NCBI GenBank assembly: GCA_036404475.1
Contig: DASWZL010000004.1
Span: 8,655 to 72,654, forward strand
Direction: 5' to 3'
Origin: Thermoplasmata archaeon
GTDB lineage: Archaea; Thermoplasmatota; Thermoplasmata; Lutacidiplasmatales; UBA184
Length of the DNA stretch: 64,000 nt
Shown: in pieces, positions 26,847-36,097 of the stretch
How positions within the stretch are numbered: position 1 is the stretch's first letter
Layout: the number at the start of each line of letters is the position of its first letter
Program-made: the position numbers and the translations under genes
Notes under the pieces: generated by a model
Told to the model about the DNA's origin: nothing
Database searches by the model: none
What the model saw: the letters and a program-made list of their open reading frames with translations, nothing else

Positions 26847-27479
26847 ATGCCCGGTCCCCCGAACCGCCCCCCGGAAAAGACCCCCGAAGCCCCTCCCTCG
26901 ACGCCGTTCCGCGAGCCGCCCGAGAAGAAGGCGCTCCGCCGGCTCGTACCGACCCGCGTCGCGCTCCTTCTCGATACCTGGAAGGGAGCTCCTAGCCCCG
27001 AACTGACCGTGCCGTTCCATAAGGCGGAGGCCGCGTTCGCGGAGGGGGACTTTGCGGCCGCGCTGACCTCGCTCGACCTCCTCTCGGTCCGGTTCGCCGA
27101 GCCCCGGTGGACGACCCTCCCGGAGCCGTTCCGCCTCCTCCGCGTCTCGATTCTCGCTCCCGTCCCTCCTCACTGGGACCCGGACCACGCGCTCACGGCC
27201 GCGGAGAAGGAGGCCAAGAAGGCCCGGACGACCGCGGACGAGCAGCTCGCGCTCGCCCGGGGGAGCCTCGCCTGGGCCGCCGCGCACGGCGTCGAGACCG
27301 CGGACCTGACCCCGAGGCTCGAGGCGGCGGCCGCGCGACTCGCGGACCCCACGGGCCTCGCTCCCTTCTACGAGGAGATCGACGCGGTCTGGACCGGCCT
27401 CCACGGACGGCTTCCGGCCCCGAAAGGCGGGGTCGCCCCGGCCGCTCCGTCGTCCTCGACCGGTACCGAGGAAGCGTAG
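26847..27479 (+). CDS. Hypothetical protein (Pro-rich N-terminus, helical remainder)
   Basis: 210-aa ORF packed 18 nt after the reductase gene in a co-directional array. No family recognised. Confidence 0.5.
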   Translation: MPGPPNRPPEKTPEAPPSTPFREPPEKKALRRLVPTRVALLLDTWKGAPSPELTVPFHKAEAAFAEGDFAAALTSLDLLSVRFAEPRWTTLPEPFRLLRVSILAPVPPHWDPDHALTAAEKEAKKARTTADEQLALARGSLAWAAAHGVETADLTPRLEAAAARLADPTGLAPFYEEIDAVWTGLHGRLPAPKGGVAPAAPSSSTGTEEA

Positions 27480-27485
27480 GGCCGC

Positions 27486-27836
27486 GTGACCGAGGACCCG
27501 CCGCAGCGCGGTCGACGTCGCATCCGCCGGGGGGAGGGGGAAGTGACCAACTGGCCTCGTGGTCTGGTCGATTACCTACCGACCGGCGCGCCCGAGCACG
27601 CCCCGTCGCCCGATGAGGACCGGGACCTGAACCGGCTCCGCCTCGCTTCGCGGCTCCTCGGCTTTGCCCGGGCCCACGGCCACTCCGTCAACGCGGCGGT
27701 CGCCCGCCTCCGGCGGGCGGACCAGGCTTTCCGCGAGGGGGACCGGGAGAAGGGACGGCGGATCGTCGACGACGTCCTCACCGAGGTAGAGGCGCTCACC
27801 GGCGCCGGCACGCGCTCGGAGAAGCCCACTTCTTAA
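27486..27836 (+). CDS. Hypothetical protein
   Basis: 116-aa ORF with a GTG start 6 nt after the preceding stop. No family recognised. Confidence 0.45.
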   Translation: MTEDPPQRGRRRIRRGEGEVTNWPRGLVDYLPTGAPEHAPSPDEDRDLNRLRLASRLLGFARAHGHSVNAAVARLRRADQAFREGDREKGRRIVDDVLTEVEALTGAGTRSEKPTS

Positions 27837-27847
27837 AGTCGGGCGAG

Positions 27848-28864
27848 GTGTCCGCCCCCGCGATGACGCATCCTCGGTTCGGAACGTTCTCGATCGTTGC
27901 CTTCGACCGCGACACCGCCACCTGGGGAGTCGCCGTCCAGTCGAAGTTCATCTCCGTCGGCTCGGTCGTCCCGTTCGCCGAGGCCGGGGTCGGGGCGATC
28001 GCGACCCAGGCGCTCGCGAACGTCGCGTACGGACCGGAGGGGCTCGCGCTGCTCCGCCAGGGACTCGCCGCCCCGGAGGTCGTCCGGCGCCTCACCGAGG
28101 CGGACCCCGGCCGGGACGAACGCCAGCTCGGGGTCGTCGACGCGAACGGGGGTTCCGCCTCGTTCACCGGCCCGAAGTGCATGGAGTGGGCAGGGCACGA
28201 GGTAGGGAACGGCTTCGCCTGCCAGGGGAACATCCTCTTCGGACCGGAGGTGGTCCGCGCGATGGCGCGGACGTACGAATCGACCGGCGGGGACATCCTC
28301 GACCGGCTCCTGGCCGCCCTCGCGGCCGGCCAGCGCGAAGGAGGCGACCGGCGCGGGATGCAGTCGGCCGCCCTTTACGCCGTGCGGAAGGGGGGAGGCT
28401 ACGGCGGGGGGAACGACCGCTGGGTCGACCTTCGGGTCGACGAGCACCCGTCGCCGATCGAGGAGCTCAAGCGGGTCTTCCAGATCTACGACATGACGAT
28501 GCTGAGCCGGGAGGACCCGGCGACGCTCCTCGTGATCGAGGGCGACGTCGCGCGCGGGCTCCAGCACGACCTCGGGGTGCTCGGGTACTACTCCGGTCGC
28601 CTCACGGGGAGCTGGGACGCGGTCAGCCAGGCGGCGTTCACCCGATTCCTCGGCGAGCACAACTTCGAGAACAAGGTACGGGACGATGGGAAGGTCTGGC
28701 CCTCGATCGTGACCTACCTCAAGGAGCGCGCGCAGGCCGAGACCGCCCGCCGGACCCATACCGCCCCAGTCGTGTCGGGAGCGCTCAGTCGAGGGCCCGG
28801 CGCCCAGGCCCCAGGAGGGAACCCATCGCAGCCCCCGCGTCGGAAGGGACCGGAGTCGAGCTGA
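27848..28864 (+). CDS. DUF1028-family Ntn-hydrolase-like protein with a C-terminal peptidoglycan-binding-like domain
   Basis: FGTFSIVAFDRDTATWGVAVQSKF is the DUF1028 N-terminus with a putative Thr nucleophile. Residues ~228-292 (GLQHDLGVLGYYSGRLTGSWDAVSQAAFTRFLG) fit the PG_binding repeat pattern. Confidence 0.75.
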   Translation: MSAPAMTHPRFGTFSIVAFDRDTATWGVAVQSKFISVGSVVPFAEAGVGAIATQALANVAYGPEGLALLRQGLAAPEVVRRLTEADPGRDERQLGVVDANGGSASFTGPKCMEWAGHEVGNGFACQGNILFGPEVVRAMARTYESTGGDILDRLLAALAAGQREGGDRRGMQSAALYAVRKGGGYGGGNDRWVDLRVDEHPSPIEELKRVFQIYDMTMLSREDPATLLVIEGDVARGLQHDLGVLGYYSGRLTGSWDAVSQAAFTRFLGEHNFENKVRDDGKVWPSIVTYLKERAQAETARRTHTAPVVSGALSRGPGAQAPGGNPSQPPRRKGPESS

Positions 28865-29100
28865 CGGTCCGGCTCCGGGGCTCGTTCCCGGACCCGACGA
28901 CCGCGCGGCGGGTCGTGGAGGCCGTGCGGGCGGACAACCCCTCGTTCGTCTCGGTCGAAACGGAGGGGAGCGACATCGAGATCCGGCTCACCGCGAACTC
29001 CGCCGCGAGCGCGCGCGCCACGCTCGAGGACCTCTTGGCCTGCCTGTGCGCGGCCGAGCGAACCGCCAGCGACCCGACCGTGGCCCCGAAGGACCGATAA
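28861..29100 (+). CDS. KEOPS Pcc1-like small protein (start codon unresolved)
   Basis: ELTVRLRGSFPDPTTARRVVEAVRADNPSFVSVETEGSDIEIRLTANSAASARATLEDLLACL fits the Pcc1 pattern. No ATG/GTG/TTG lies near the N-terminus; the first canonical in-frame start is GTG 28915. Confidence 0.45.
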   Translation: MTVRLRGSFPDPTTARRVVEAVRADNPSFVSVETEGSDIEIRLTANSAASARATLEDLLACLCAAERTASDPTVAPKDR

Positions 29101-29124
29101 AGGGCGAACGCCCACCCTAGACGA

Positions 29125-29976
29125 ATGGCCGAAGGGGAGCGGGGAACCCAGCGCTACGGCCCCGCGATCGTACCCGCCTCGCTCGGTCGGTACTCCCTCG
29201 GCGTCGTGATCACCGTCGTCGCGATCCTGAGCCAGTACTTCGTTCCCGAGCTGCTCCCCGCCACCGACATTGTCTACGGGAACCTTCCGGGCGACGTCTT
29301 CGTTGTCTACGGGATCCCGATCATCGCCTTCGCCCTGCTCGTGGGCGGGGCTCCGCTGCGGGATTGGGGTCGCCGCATGGGTTCCGCCACCTGGCACGGC
29401 CTGCGGTTCTACGGGCTCCTTTCGCTGCTCGCCCTTCTCGTGGTCCTCCTCCTCACGATCGTCTACGAGGTCGTCGACCCGGCCGCGCTCCAGCTGCTGA
29501 ACCGGCCCAACCCGGCGCTCCAACAGGCGACGGGGAACCCCTGGTTCTTCGTCGGGTTCTCGTTCGTCGTCGGAGCGTTGGAGGAGACGATCTTCCGGGG
29601 GTTCATGTTCGGCTACTGGCGCGACCGCTCGGGCCCCTGGATGGTCCCCGCGGTCTGGACGAGCGTGGTCTTCGCCGGGGTCCACCTCTACTACGGGACG
29701 ACCTATGGGGTCGCGGCACCGCTCATCTTTCCCGGCCTGTTCCTCCTGGGGTTCGCGTTCGCCGCGACGTACCGGTTCTCGCGCGGCAACCTCGTCGTCC
29801 CGGCCGTCCTCCACGGGGCGCACGACGCCGCCGCGTTCTTCACCCTCATCTCCGAAGAGGGGGGTATCATCCTCGAGTACCTCGTCGTGCTCATCGGGGC
29901 CCTCATCGGGCTCATCCACTACCTCAACCGCGAGCCGTTCGACCTTCCGCCGATCCCTCCTCCCCCCCTTCCGTAG
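29125..29976 (+). CDS. CPBP-family (CAAX/Abi) intramembrane metalloprotease
   Basis: Motifs EETIFRG, FAGVHLYY and HGAHDAAAF. Multi-TM. Confidence 0.8.
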   Translation: MAEGERGTQRYGPAIVPASLGRYSLGVVITVVAILSQYFVPELLPATDIVYGNLPGDVFVVYGIPIIAFALLVGGAPLRDWGRRMGSATWHGLRFYGLLSLLALLVVLLLTIVYEVVDPAALQLLNRPNPALQQATGNPWFFVGFSFVVGALEETIFRGFMFGYWRDRSGPWMVPAVWTSVVFAGVHLYYGTTYGVAAPLIFPGLFLLGFAFAATYRFSRGNLVVPAVLHGAHDAAAFFTLISEEGGIILEYLVVLIGALIGLIHYLNREPFDLPPIPPPPLP

Positions 29977-30039
29977 CGGCCCGCGCCTGCTCCCCCTGCC
30001 CCCGTCAGCATCAAGAACGGAACCCGCGTCCCCCCTCCG

Positions 30040-30474
30040 ATGGCGGCCACCGATGCCGAGCTCCGCGACGTCCTCGGACGGGCCCGAACGATCGCGGTCG
30101 TGGGACTTTCCGACAAGCCCGACCGGGACTCGAATGAGGTAGCGCGCTACCTTCAGGCGCAGGGATACCGGATCGTACCGGTGAATCCGATGCTCACCGA
30201 GGTCCTGGGCGAGAGGGCCTACCCCTCCCTTTCGGCCATCCCGGCCGACGTCCGGGTCGACCTCGTGGACGTCTTTCGACGCAGCGAACAGGTTCCTCCG
30301 GTCGTCGAGGAAGCGATTGCCCGAGGCGCCCAAACGGTCTGGATGCAGCTCGGGGTCGAGAACGCGCCGGCCGCCGCGAAGGCGCGGGGCGCCGGCGTGA
30401 TGGTCGTCGAGAACCTCTGCATCATGGTCCAGCACCGCCGACTTCGCGGCTCGCTCCCCCCCCGCGCGGCCTGA
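30040..30474 (+). CDS. CoA-binding domain protein (YccU-like)
   Basis: 144 aa. ARTIAVVGLSDKPDRDSNEVARYLQAQGYRIVPVNP. Confidence 0.75.
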   Translation: MAATDAELRDVLGRARTIAVVGLSDKPDRDSNEVARYLQAQGYRIVPVNPMLTEVLGERAYPSLSAIPADVRVDLVDVFRRSEQVPPVVEEAIARGAQTVWMQLGVENAPAAAKARGAGVMVVENLCIMVQHRRLRGSLPPRAA

Positions 30475-30483
30475 GAGGGTCTC

Positions 30484-31293
30484 ATGTCGGTAGCCTCTCC
30501 TCCGGTATCCGCCCCTGTCCCTCCGTCGACCCCCGCCCGCACGACCGCGCCACCGCCGCGGCCCCGTGTCGGGGACCTACGGGAGTCCGGCACGGTCCGC
30601 AAGGAGTCGGTCAACGCCGACCGATGGACCGCTCGGGGGACCGTCAAGGTGACCGGGGACGTCGACCTCGGGCAGGGAACGCTCGACGGAACGGTCTCCC
30701 TCGGTGGGAAGCTCACGGCGACCGGGCTCGAGTATCGCGGGACGCTCGATGTGGGAGGCGCGATAGACGTTCAGGGCACGCTCACCGGCTCCGGTTCACT
30801 GCGCGCGGGCCTCACCTTCCACGCTGGGGACGCCGACCTCAAGGGGACCGCTCGGGTGCTCGGCGCGACCTCGGTCGACCGCATCCTGACCGTGCGGGGG
30901 AGCCTCACCGCTCCGTCGCTCATCGTCGGGGAACTCACCCTCCAAGGGGAGGGCCAGGTGGCGGGCGACCTGGTCGGGCGCTCCGTTTCGGCTCGCCTCA
31001 CGGCGGACTCCGCCTTCGGGACGATCCGGGCCGGCTCGGTCTCTGTCCGTGGCCGGGTCCCGAACCTCGTAGAGAAGGTCCTCGGCCGCCGGGTCACCGT
31101 CACCGTCCAACGGGTCGAGGCCGATGCGGTCACCCTCGAAGCGGTCGACGTGAAGTTCGTCCATTCCCCCAAGATCACGCTGGGTCGCGACGCGCACATC
31201 ACGGAGTACGAGGGGACGATCATCCGACGCCATCCGTCGAGCCGGGTCGGGTTCGAATCGAAGAGCCGACCGCCGTACGGCCTGAGGCGGTAG
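30484..31293 (+). CDS. Bactofilin-like polymer-forming cytoskeletal protein
   Basis: Pro-rich N-terminus followed by about 170 aa of short Gly/Val/Thr-rich beta-helix-type repeats (VKVTGDVDLGQGTLDGTVSLGGKLTATG...). Confidence 0.5.
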   Translation: MSVASPPVSAPVPPSTPARTTAPPPRPRVGDLRESGTVRKESVNADRWTARGTVKVTGDVDLGQGTLDGTVSLGGKLTATGLEYRGTLDVGGAIDVQGTLTGSGSLRAGLTFHAGDADLKGTARVLGATSVDRILTVRGSLTAPSLIVGELTLQGEGQVAGDLVGRSVSARLTADSAFGTIRAGSVSVRGRVPNLVEKVLGRRVTVTVQRVEADAVTLEAVDVKFVHSPKITLGRDAHITEYEGTIIRRHPSSRVGFESKSRPPYGLRR

Positions 31294-31344
31294 TCGAGGC
31301 GGGGCCGCTCGGCTTTATCTTTCCCGGCTTCGTCGCGGCCGCCC

Positions 31345-34308
31345 ATGACGGCGGGTGAGGAGAGCTCCGAGGCCCCGTCCCCGCTGGCCGTCCAGGCCCG
31401 CGTCCTCGCCTACTGGGAGGCGACCGGGGTACCGGCGTCGGTGCTCGCGGGCCGGCCCGAGGGGCCGGTGTTCCGGTTCACCGAAGGACCCCCGACCGCG
31501 AACGGGGCGCCGCATCTCGGTCACCTCGTGGCCCGGGTCCTGAAGGACGTCGAGCTTCGCTACCGTCGGATGCGTGGGATGCGCCTCGTGAGCCCCATGG
31601 CGGGCTGGGACTGCCACGGCCTACCGGTCGAGCTCGAGATCGAGAAGCGTCACGGTCTGAAGTCGAAGAAGGAGATCGAAGCGTTCGGGGTCGAGCGGTT
31701 CTGCGAGGACTGCCGGACCGGGACCCTCGAGGTCGCCTCGGTCTGGCAGGAGATGAGCCGGCGGCTCGGCTACTGGCTCGACTACGAGCGGGCCTACCGG
31801 ACGATGGACCCCCCGTACATCGAGAGCGTCTGGTGGTCGCTGAAGACGCTCTTCGACCGCGGCCTCCTCGAGAAGGGACACTACGTTCTCCCGTACTGCC
31901 CTCGCTGCGAGACCCCCCTCTCCTCGCACGAGGTCGCCCAAGGGTACCGCGAGACCACCGACCCCTCGATCACTGTACGGTTCCCGCTCAACGGCTTTAC
32001 GGGGGAGAAGCGCGAGCTGCTGGTCTGGACGACGACCCCGTGGACCCTTCCCGCGAACCTGCTCGTCGCGGCGCGCTCCGACCTCGAGTACTCGGTCGTG
32101 CGGACGAGCGACGGCCGGGAACTGGTCCTCGCCACGGCCGCCGTTCCGCGCTACTTCCCCGAAGGCACCCCCGTGGTCGAGCGGCTCTCAGGCACGGCCC
32201 TCGCCGGACTCACGTACCGGCCTCCGTTCGATACTCCCGGGCCGGGTCCCGGTCGGTACCGGGTGGTCCTCGACGACCTCGTGAACACCGAGGAAGGCAC
32301 CGGTCTCGTCCACATCGCTCCGAGCTACGGACCCGACGACCAGCGGATTGGGGCCCGGGAGAAGGTCGGAGTGTTCGACCCGCTCGACAGCCGAGGCGTG
32401 TTCACGGAGGCGGTGCCGCTCGTCCGGGGGAAGTCGTTCAAGGCCGCCGACCCGATCCTCCTCAAGGACCTCGAAGCGCGAGGTCGGCTCTTCGCGCACT
32501 CGACCCTCCGCCACACGTACCCGTTCTGTTGGCGGTGCGACTCGGCCCTGCTCTACCGCGCGATCGATTCCTGGTTCGTGCGCACCTCGCGCGCGACCGA
32601 CCGACTGGTCCGCTACAATGCGACCGTGAAGTGGCTACCGGAGCACCTTCGGGAGGGTCGGTTCGGGAACTTCCTGACGGAGGCGAAGGACTGGGCGCTC
32701 TCGCGGAGCCGGTACTGGGGGACGCCGCTCCCGATCTGGATGTGCTCCGCGGGCCACGCGACGTGCGTGGGCAGCTTCGCCGAGCTCGAGGAGCGCCTCG
32801 GGAGCCCTCTCCCGACGCCGTTCGACCCGCACCGGGTAACGGTCGACCGTCTGCGGTTACGGTGCGCGACCTGCGGAGGCGAGGCCCAACGCGAGCCGTA
32901 CACGATCGACGCCTGGTACGACAGCGGCTCGGCGCCGTTCGCCCAGTTCCACTACCCGTTCGAACCCGGGCCGTTCGACCCGGCCGCGCCGCTCGACTAC
33001 ATCGCCGAGGGGCTCGACCAGACCCGGGGCTGGTTCTACGCCCTGCTCGTCATCGCGACGCTCCTGTTCGACCGGCCGGCCTACCGCGCGTGCCTCACCA
33101 CCGGCCTCGTGCTCGACGAGGGCGGTCGGAAGATGTCGAAGTCGAAGGGCAACGCGCTCGAGCCCCTCTCGTTGCTCGACCACTACGGCGCCGACGCACT
33201 TCGATGGACGTTCCTCTCGTCCGATTACACGGAGCCGATGCGAGGGGACGAGAACACGATCCGCAAGACGGCCGCGCGGACGCTCGGAACGCTCGGCAAC
33301 GTCATCGCGTTCCACCTCGGCAACGCTCGCGCCGACCGGTTGTCGCCCGTAGGGGAGCGACCGCTGCCCTCGGGCGTTCTCGACCGCTGGCTCCTGTCCC
33401 GCCTCGAAACGACCCGCACCGAGGTCGAACGGTCCCTCGAGAGCTACGACATCGGGAGCGGGGCGCGCGCGGTCGGAACGTTCGTGGATGACCTGTCGAC
33501 CTGGTACCTGCGCCGGTCCCGCCCCCGGTTCTGGGCCGACCAGGCCTCTCCCGACCGGCGGACCGCCCACGCGACCCTCTCCTACACCCTCCTCGGCCTC
33601 GGTCGGACGATGGCGCCCCTCCTGCCCTTCACGGCCGAGTGGCTCCACCAGGAGGTCGGCGAGCACGGCTACCGGGAACGGGACCTCTCCGTGCACCGAA
33701 CCGAGTGGCCACGTTCGCTGGCGCCGCGCGACGAGGCGCTCGAGCACGCGATGGACGAGCTGCGCGCTCTGGTGGAAGTCGGTCGCGAGCTCCGGCACCG
33801 GGCCGGCGTGAGGTCCCGGATCCCGCTCGCCGAGCTCGTCCTCTTCGGCGAACCGTCGGCCGCCCTCGCCGGGCTCGGCCCCGAGGGGGTGGGGCTTCTC
33901 GCCGACGAACTGAACGTGAAACGCGTCCGCCGGGTGCCCGCGGGGGAATGTACGACCTTCTCGGACTCCGCCTGGGTCGTACGCGAGGACAACGCCACGC
34001 CAGTCGCGGCCCTGCCCCGGGAGCCCACCCCGGAGCTCGCGGAGGAGGGGCTCGCGCGCGAGGTCGCCCGCCGCCTCCAGCAGACACGGAAGGAACTTGG
34101 CCTCAAGTACACCGAGAAGGTCGGGATCACGGTCGCCGCCACCGGGGCCATTTACCGGGCGCTGGAGGCCCGACGCGCCGCGCTGGCGAGCGACCTCCTC
34201 GCCGAGCCGTTCGAGCTCACCGAGACCCCGCTTCCCCCGGACCCCGAGGTCCGCCACTGGGAGATCGATGGGGTCACGTTCTCCGCGCGGGTGGTCCGCC
34301 GGCCGTAG
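31345..34308 (+). CDS. ileS: Isoleucine--tRNA ligase
   Basis: 987 aa. HIGH-type PPTANGAPHLGH, KMSKS, and a Zn-binding CPRCETPL. Confidence 0.95.
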   Translation: MTAGEESSEAPSPLAVQARVLAYWEATGVPASVLAGRPEGPVFRFTEGPPTANGAPHLGHLVARVLKDVELRYRRMRGMRLVSPMAGWDCHGLPVELEIEKRHGLKSKKEIEAFGVERFCEDCRTGTLEVASVWQEMSRRLGYWLDYERAYRTMDPPYIESVWWSLKTLFDRGLLEKGHYVLPYCPRCETPLSSHEVAQGYRETTDPSITVRFPLNGFTGEKRELLVWTTTPWTLPANLLVAARSDLEYSVVRTSDGRELVLATAAVPRYFPEGTPVVERLSGTALAGLTYRPPFDTPGPGPGRYRVVLDDLVNTEEGTGLVHIAPSYGPDDQRIGAREKVGVFDPLDSRGVFTEAVPLVRGKSFKAADPILLKDLEARGRLFAHSTLRHTYPFCWRCDSALLYRAIDSWFVRTSRATDRLVRYNATVKWLPEHLREGRFGNFLTEAKDWALSRSRYWGTPLPIWMCSAGHATCVGSFAELEERLGSPLPTPFDPHRVTVDRLRLRCATCGGEAQREPYTIDAWYDSGSAPFAQFHYPFEPGPFDPAAPLDYIAEGLDQTRGWFYALLVIATLLFDRPAYRACLTTGLVLDEGGRKMSKSKGNALEPLSLLDHYGADALRWTFLSSDYTEPMRGDENTIRKTAARTLGTLGNVIAFHLGNARADRLSPVGERPLPSGVLDRWLLSRLETTRTEVERSLESYDIGSGARAVGTFVDDLSTWYLRRSRPRFWADQASPDRRTAHATLSYTLLGLGRTMAPLLPFTAEWLHQEVGEHGYRERDLSVHRTEWPRSLAPRDEALEHAMDELRALVEVGRELRHRAGVRSRIPLAELVLFGEPSAALAGLGPEGVGLLADELNVKRVRRVPAGECTTFSDSAWVVREDNATPVAALPREPTPELAEEGLAREVARRLQQTRKELGLKYTEKVGITVAATGAIYRALEARRAALASDLLAEPFELTETPLPPDPEVRHWEIDGVTFSARVVRRP

Positions 34309-34984
34309 CATCGCCCGGGTTCGCCCGAACCACGTCGCCGCCGGGTGTGACCTCCCGGAAGATCTCGGCCTCGAACCGGCGCACCTTCACGTGCGGGTCC
34401 CGCCACGCCCGGGGCGGGAGACCGGCCTTCTCGCACGTGCCGTTCAGGAGCTCCTCCGCCGACCAGCCCTGCTCCGGAGCGACCTGCGGCAGGAGGAGGC
34501 CGCTCGACCCGAAGCCTTCGACGATCAGTCCGTCCCTCCCTACGGTCACCGCCCGTAGGGCCTCCTCCGGGGTCGTGAACCGGATCGGGACGGGCACCGT
34601 GAGGACCGAGACCTCGATCGTGAGGCGGGGGAGCTCGGAGGCGCGCACGGGGTGGAATCGAAAGTCTTCGACCGCTGCGGAGACCGCCGCGCGGACGAGC
34701 GCGGACCGAAGCGGCAGGACCGGGAGAGGATAGCCGATGCAACCCCGGAGCGCGTCGTCGGGGTAGCGCTTCAGTGTCACGAATACGCCCCGAGGCTCGT
34801 CGAACACCGCGGAGAGACGCTCGCCGCGAGCGGCCTCGGTGGGGTCGGGACCCGGGTGCGGAGCGACCGCGCCCTCGACCGCCCGACGAGCGAGCCGAAC
34901 TGCGGCCACGCCGTCCTCGACCGCGAGCACGGACGCGAAAGCGCGGACGGCGCGGAAAGCCTCTTCGGAGCACACGCCGCGCAC
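34274..34984 (-). CDS. AMMECR1-domain protein
   Basis: [22 protein letters not shown]. Its 3' end overlaps ileS by 35 nt (convergent). The start may be an internal GTG. Confidence 0.8.
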   Translation of the reverse strand: MRGVCSEEAFRAVRAFASVLAVEDGVAAVRLARRAVEGAVAPHPGPDPTEAARGERLSAVFDEPRGVFVTLKRYPDDALRGCIGYPLPVLPLRSALVRAAVSAAVEDFRFHPVRASELPRLTIEVSVLTVPVPIRFTTPEEALRAVTVGRDGLIVEGFGSSGLLLPQVAPEQGWSAEELLNGTCEKAGLPPRAWRDPHVKVRRFEAEIFREVTPGGDVVRANPGDATAGGPPARRT

Positions 34985-34985
34985 G

Positions 34986-34993
34986 CTTTATAG
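34986..34993 (+). promoter_or_regulatory. TATA box upstream of the L40e gene
   Basis: ctttatag is centred about 29 nt before ATG 35019. Confidence 0.5.
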
Positions 34994-35018
34994 CCGAGGC
35001 CGCGTGAGCGGCCTCCCC

Positions 35019-35171
35019 ATGCCGTTTCCCGAAGCGGTCGAGCGACTGCTCAACAAGAAGATCTGCATGAACTGCTCGGCCCGGAATCCGCCGAAGGCTG
35101 TCCAGTGCCGTCGGTGCGGCTACAAGGGCCTCCGCGTGAAGTCGCGGGAACGCTCCGGGAAGACCGCGTAA
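35019..35171 (+). CDS. rpl40e: 50S ribosomal protein L40e
   Basis: [41 protein letters not shown] with a C4 zinc ribbon. Confidence 0.9.
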   Translation: MPFPEAVERLLNKKICMNCSARNPPKAVQCRRCGYKGLRVKSRERSGKTA

Positions 35172-35208
35172 TCCGGGAGGTCCTCGGGGCACCGCCCCGA
35201 CGGTTCGA

Positions 35209-36000
35209 CTACGGCGAGGCGCGGCCCTTCACTCCGTTCGCGGGAGCCATGGGCGCGCCGCTCCATCCCTCGCGGGCGACCGCGAAGCGCTTCTCCACGA
35301 GGAACAGGAAGTTCCGGGTCCCGTCCCGCCAGCTCGAGAGCTTCGGCGGTCCCCAACGCTCCGAGTACGGGATCGGGATCTCGAGGATGCGAACCCCGCG
35401 CAGGATCGCCTCGAGCTTGAGCTCCTCGCTGAACGCCATCCCGTCCTGCGTGAGGTGGAACCTTTCCAGCAGCTCGCGCCGGAACACCCAGAAACCGCTC
35501 TGGCTGTCCTCAAGCACGCCCCCCGGTACCCCCTTCAGGTATCGGTGGTAGGCGACATCGAGGAAGATGTTCAGGAGCCGGTTCCCGATCCAGTGCTCGG
35601 TCGTCATCGCCTTCCGGTCGAGCTGAGCGAACCGGTTCCCCGTGAGGAAATCGAGCCGTTCGTCGAGGAGCTTCTTCACGAGCCCCGGGACCATTTCCAC
35701 CGGGTAGGTGGCGTCCCCGTCCGCCGTAGCGAGGACCTCCCCTTGCGCCGCGGCGAACCCGGTCTTGTACGCCCGCCCGTAGCCCCGGCGCCGCTCGGTG
35801 ATGACCCGCACCCCCTCGGCCTCCGCGATCGCTGCGGTCCCGTCGGCCGACGCCCCGTCGACGACGAGGACCTCCCAGTCGACCGGCGCTCCCGAGAAGA
35901 TCGTCGTGTTCGCCTCGGACGCCGCGGTCCGGAAGCGGCGCAGTACGTGCGCGATCGACCGGGCTTCGTTGAGCGTGGGAACGACGAGGGTCGCGCGCAT
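35209..36000 (-). CDS. GT2 glycosyltransferase (dolichyl-phosphate mannose/glucose synthase-like)
   Basis: TLVVPTLNEARSI and VLVVDGASADGT. Confidence 0.8.
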   Translation of the reverse strand: MRATLVVPTLNEARSIAHVLRRFRTAASEANTTIFSGAPVDWEVLVVDGASADGTAAIAEAEGVRVITERRRGYGRAYKTGFAAAQGEVLATADGDATYPVEMVPGLVKKLLDERLDFLTGNRFAQLDRKAMTTEHWIGNRLLNIFLDVAYHRYLKGVPGGVLEDSQSGFWVFRRELLERFHLTQDGMAFSEELKLEAILRGVRILEIPIPYSERWGPPKLSSWRDGTRNFLFLVEKRFAVAREGWSGAPMAPANGVKGRASP

Positions 36001-36028
36001 CGGAGGAGAAGAGCCGACCGGCCGGTCG

Positions 36029-36038
36029 CTTAAAAGTT
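36029..36038. promoter_or_regulatory. Shared AT-rich TATA-like element between the divergent GT2 and archease genes
   Basis: cttaaaagtt is the only AT island in the 36001-36097 spacer. It lies about 30 nt from ATG 36000 on the minus strand. Confidence 0.4.
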
Positions 36039-36097
36039 CCTTCGGACCTCGCGGAGACCACGAAGGCGCACGGGAATCGCGGGGGCCGACCCCGCCG

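Noticed and set aside
25539-27404. 621-aa ORF on the minus strand across the geranylgeranyl reductase region
   Set aside because: It is antisense to a gene with clear FAD and GGR motifs. The product is Arg/Gly/Pro/Asp-rich with no recognisable motif. This is a typical open antisense frame in very GC-rich DNA.
28714-30435. 573-aa minus-strand ORF opposite the Pcc1-like, CPBP and CoA-binding genes
   Set aside because: It is antisense to three plus-strand genes with recognisable motifs. Its composition is dominated by R/G/D/P/E.
34274-34308. 35-nt convergent overlap of the ileS and AMMECR1 3' ends
   Set aside because: Short convergent overlaps are common in compact GC-rich genomes, and there is no indication of special function.
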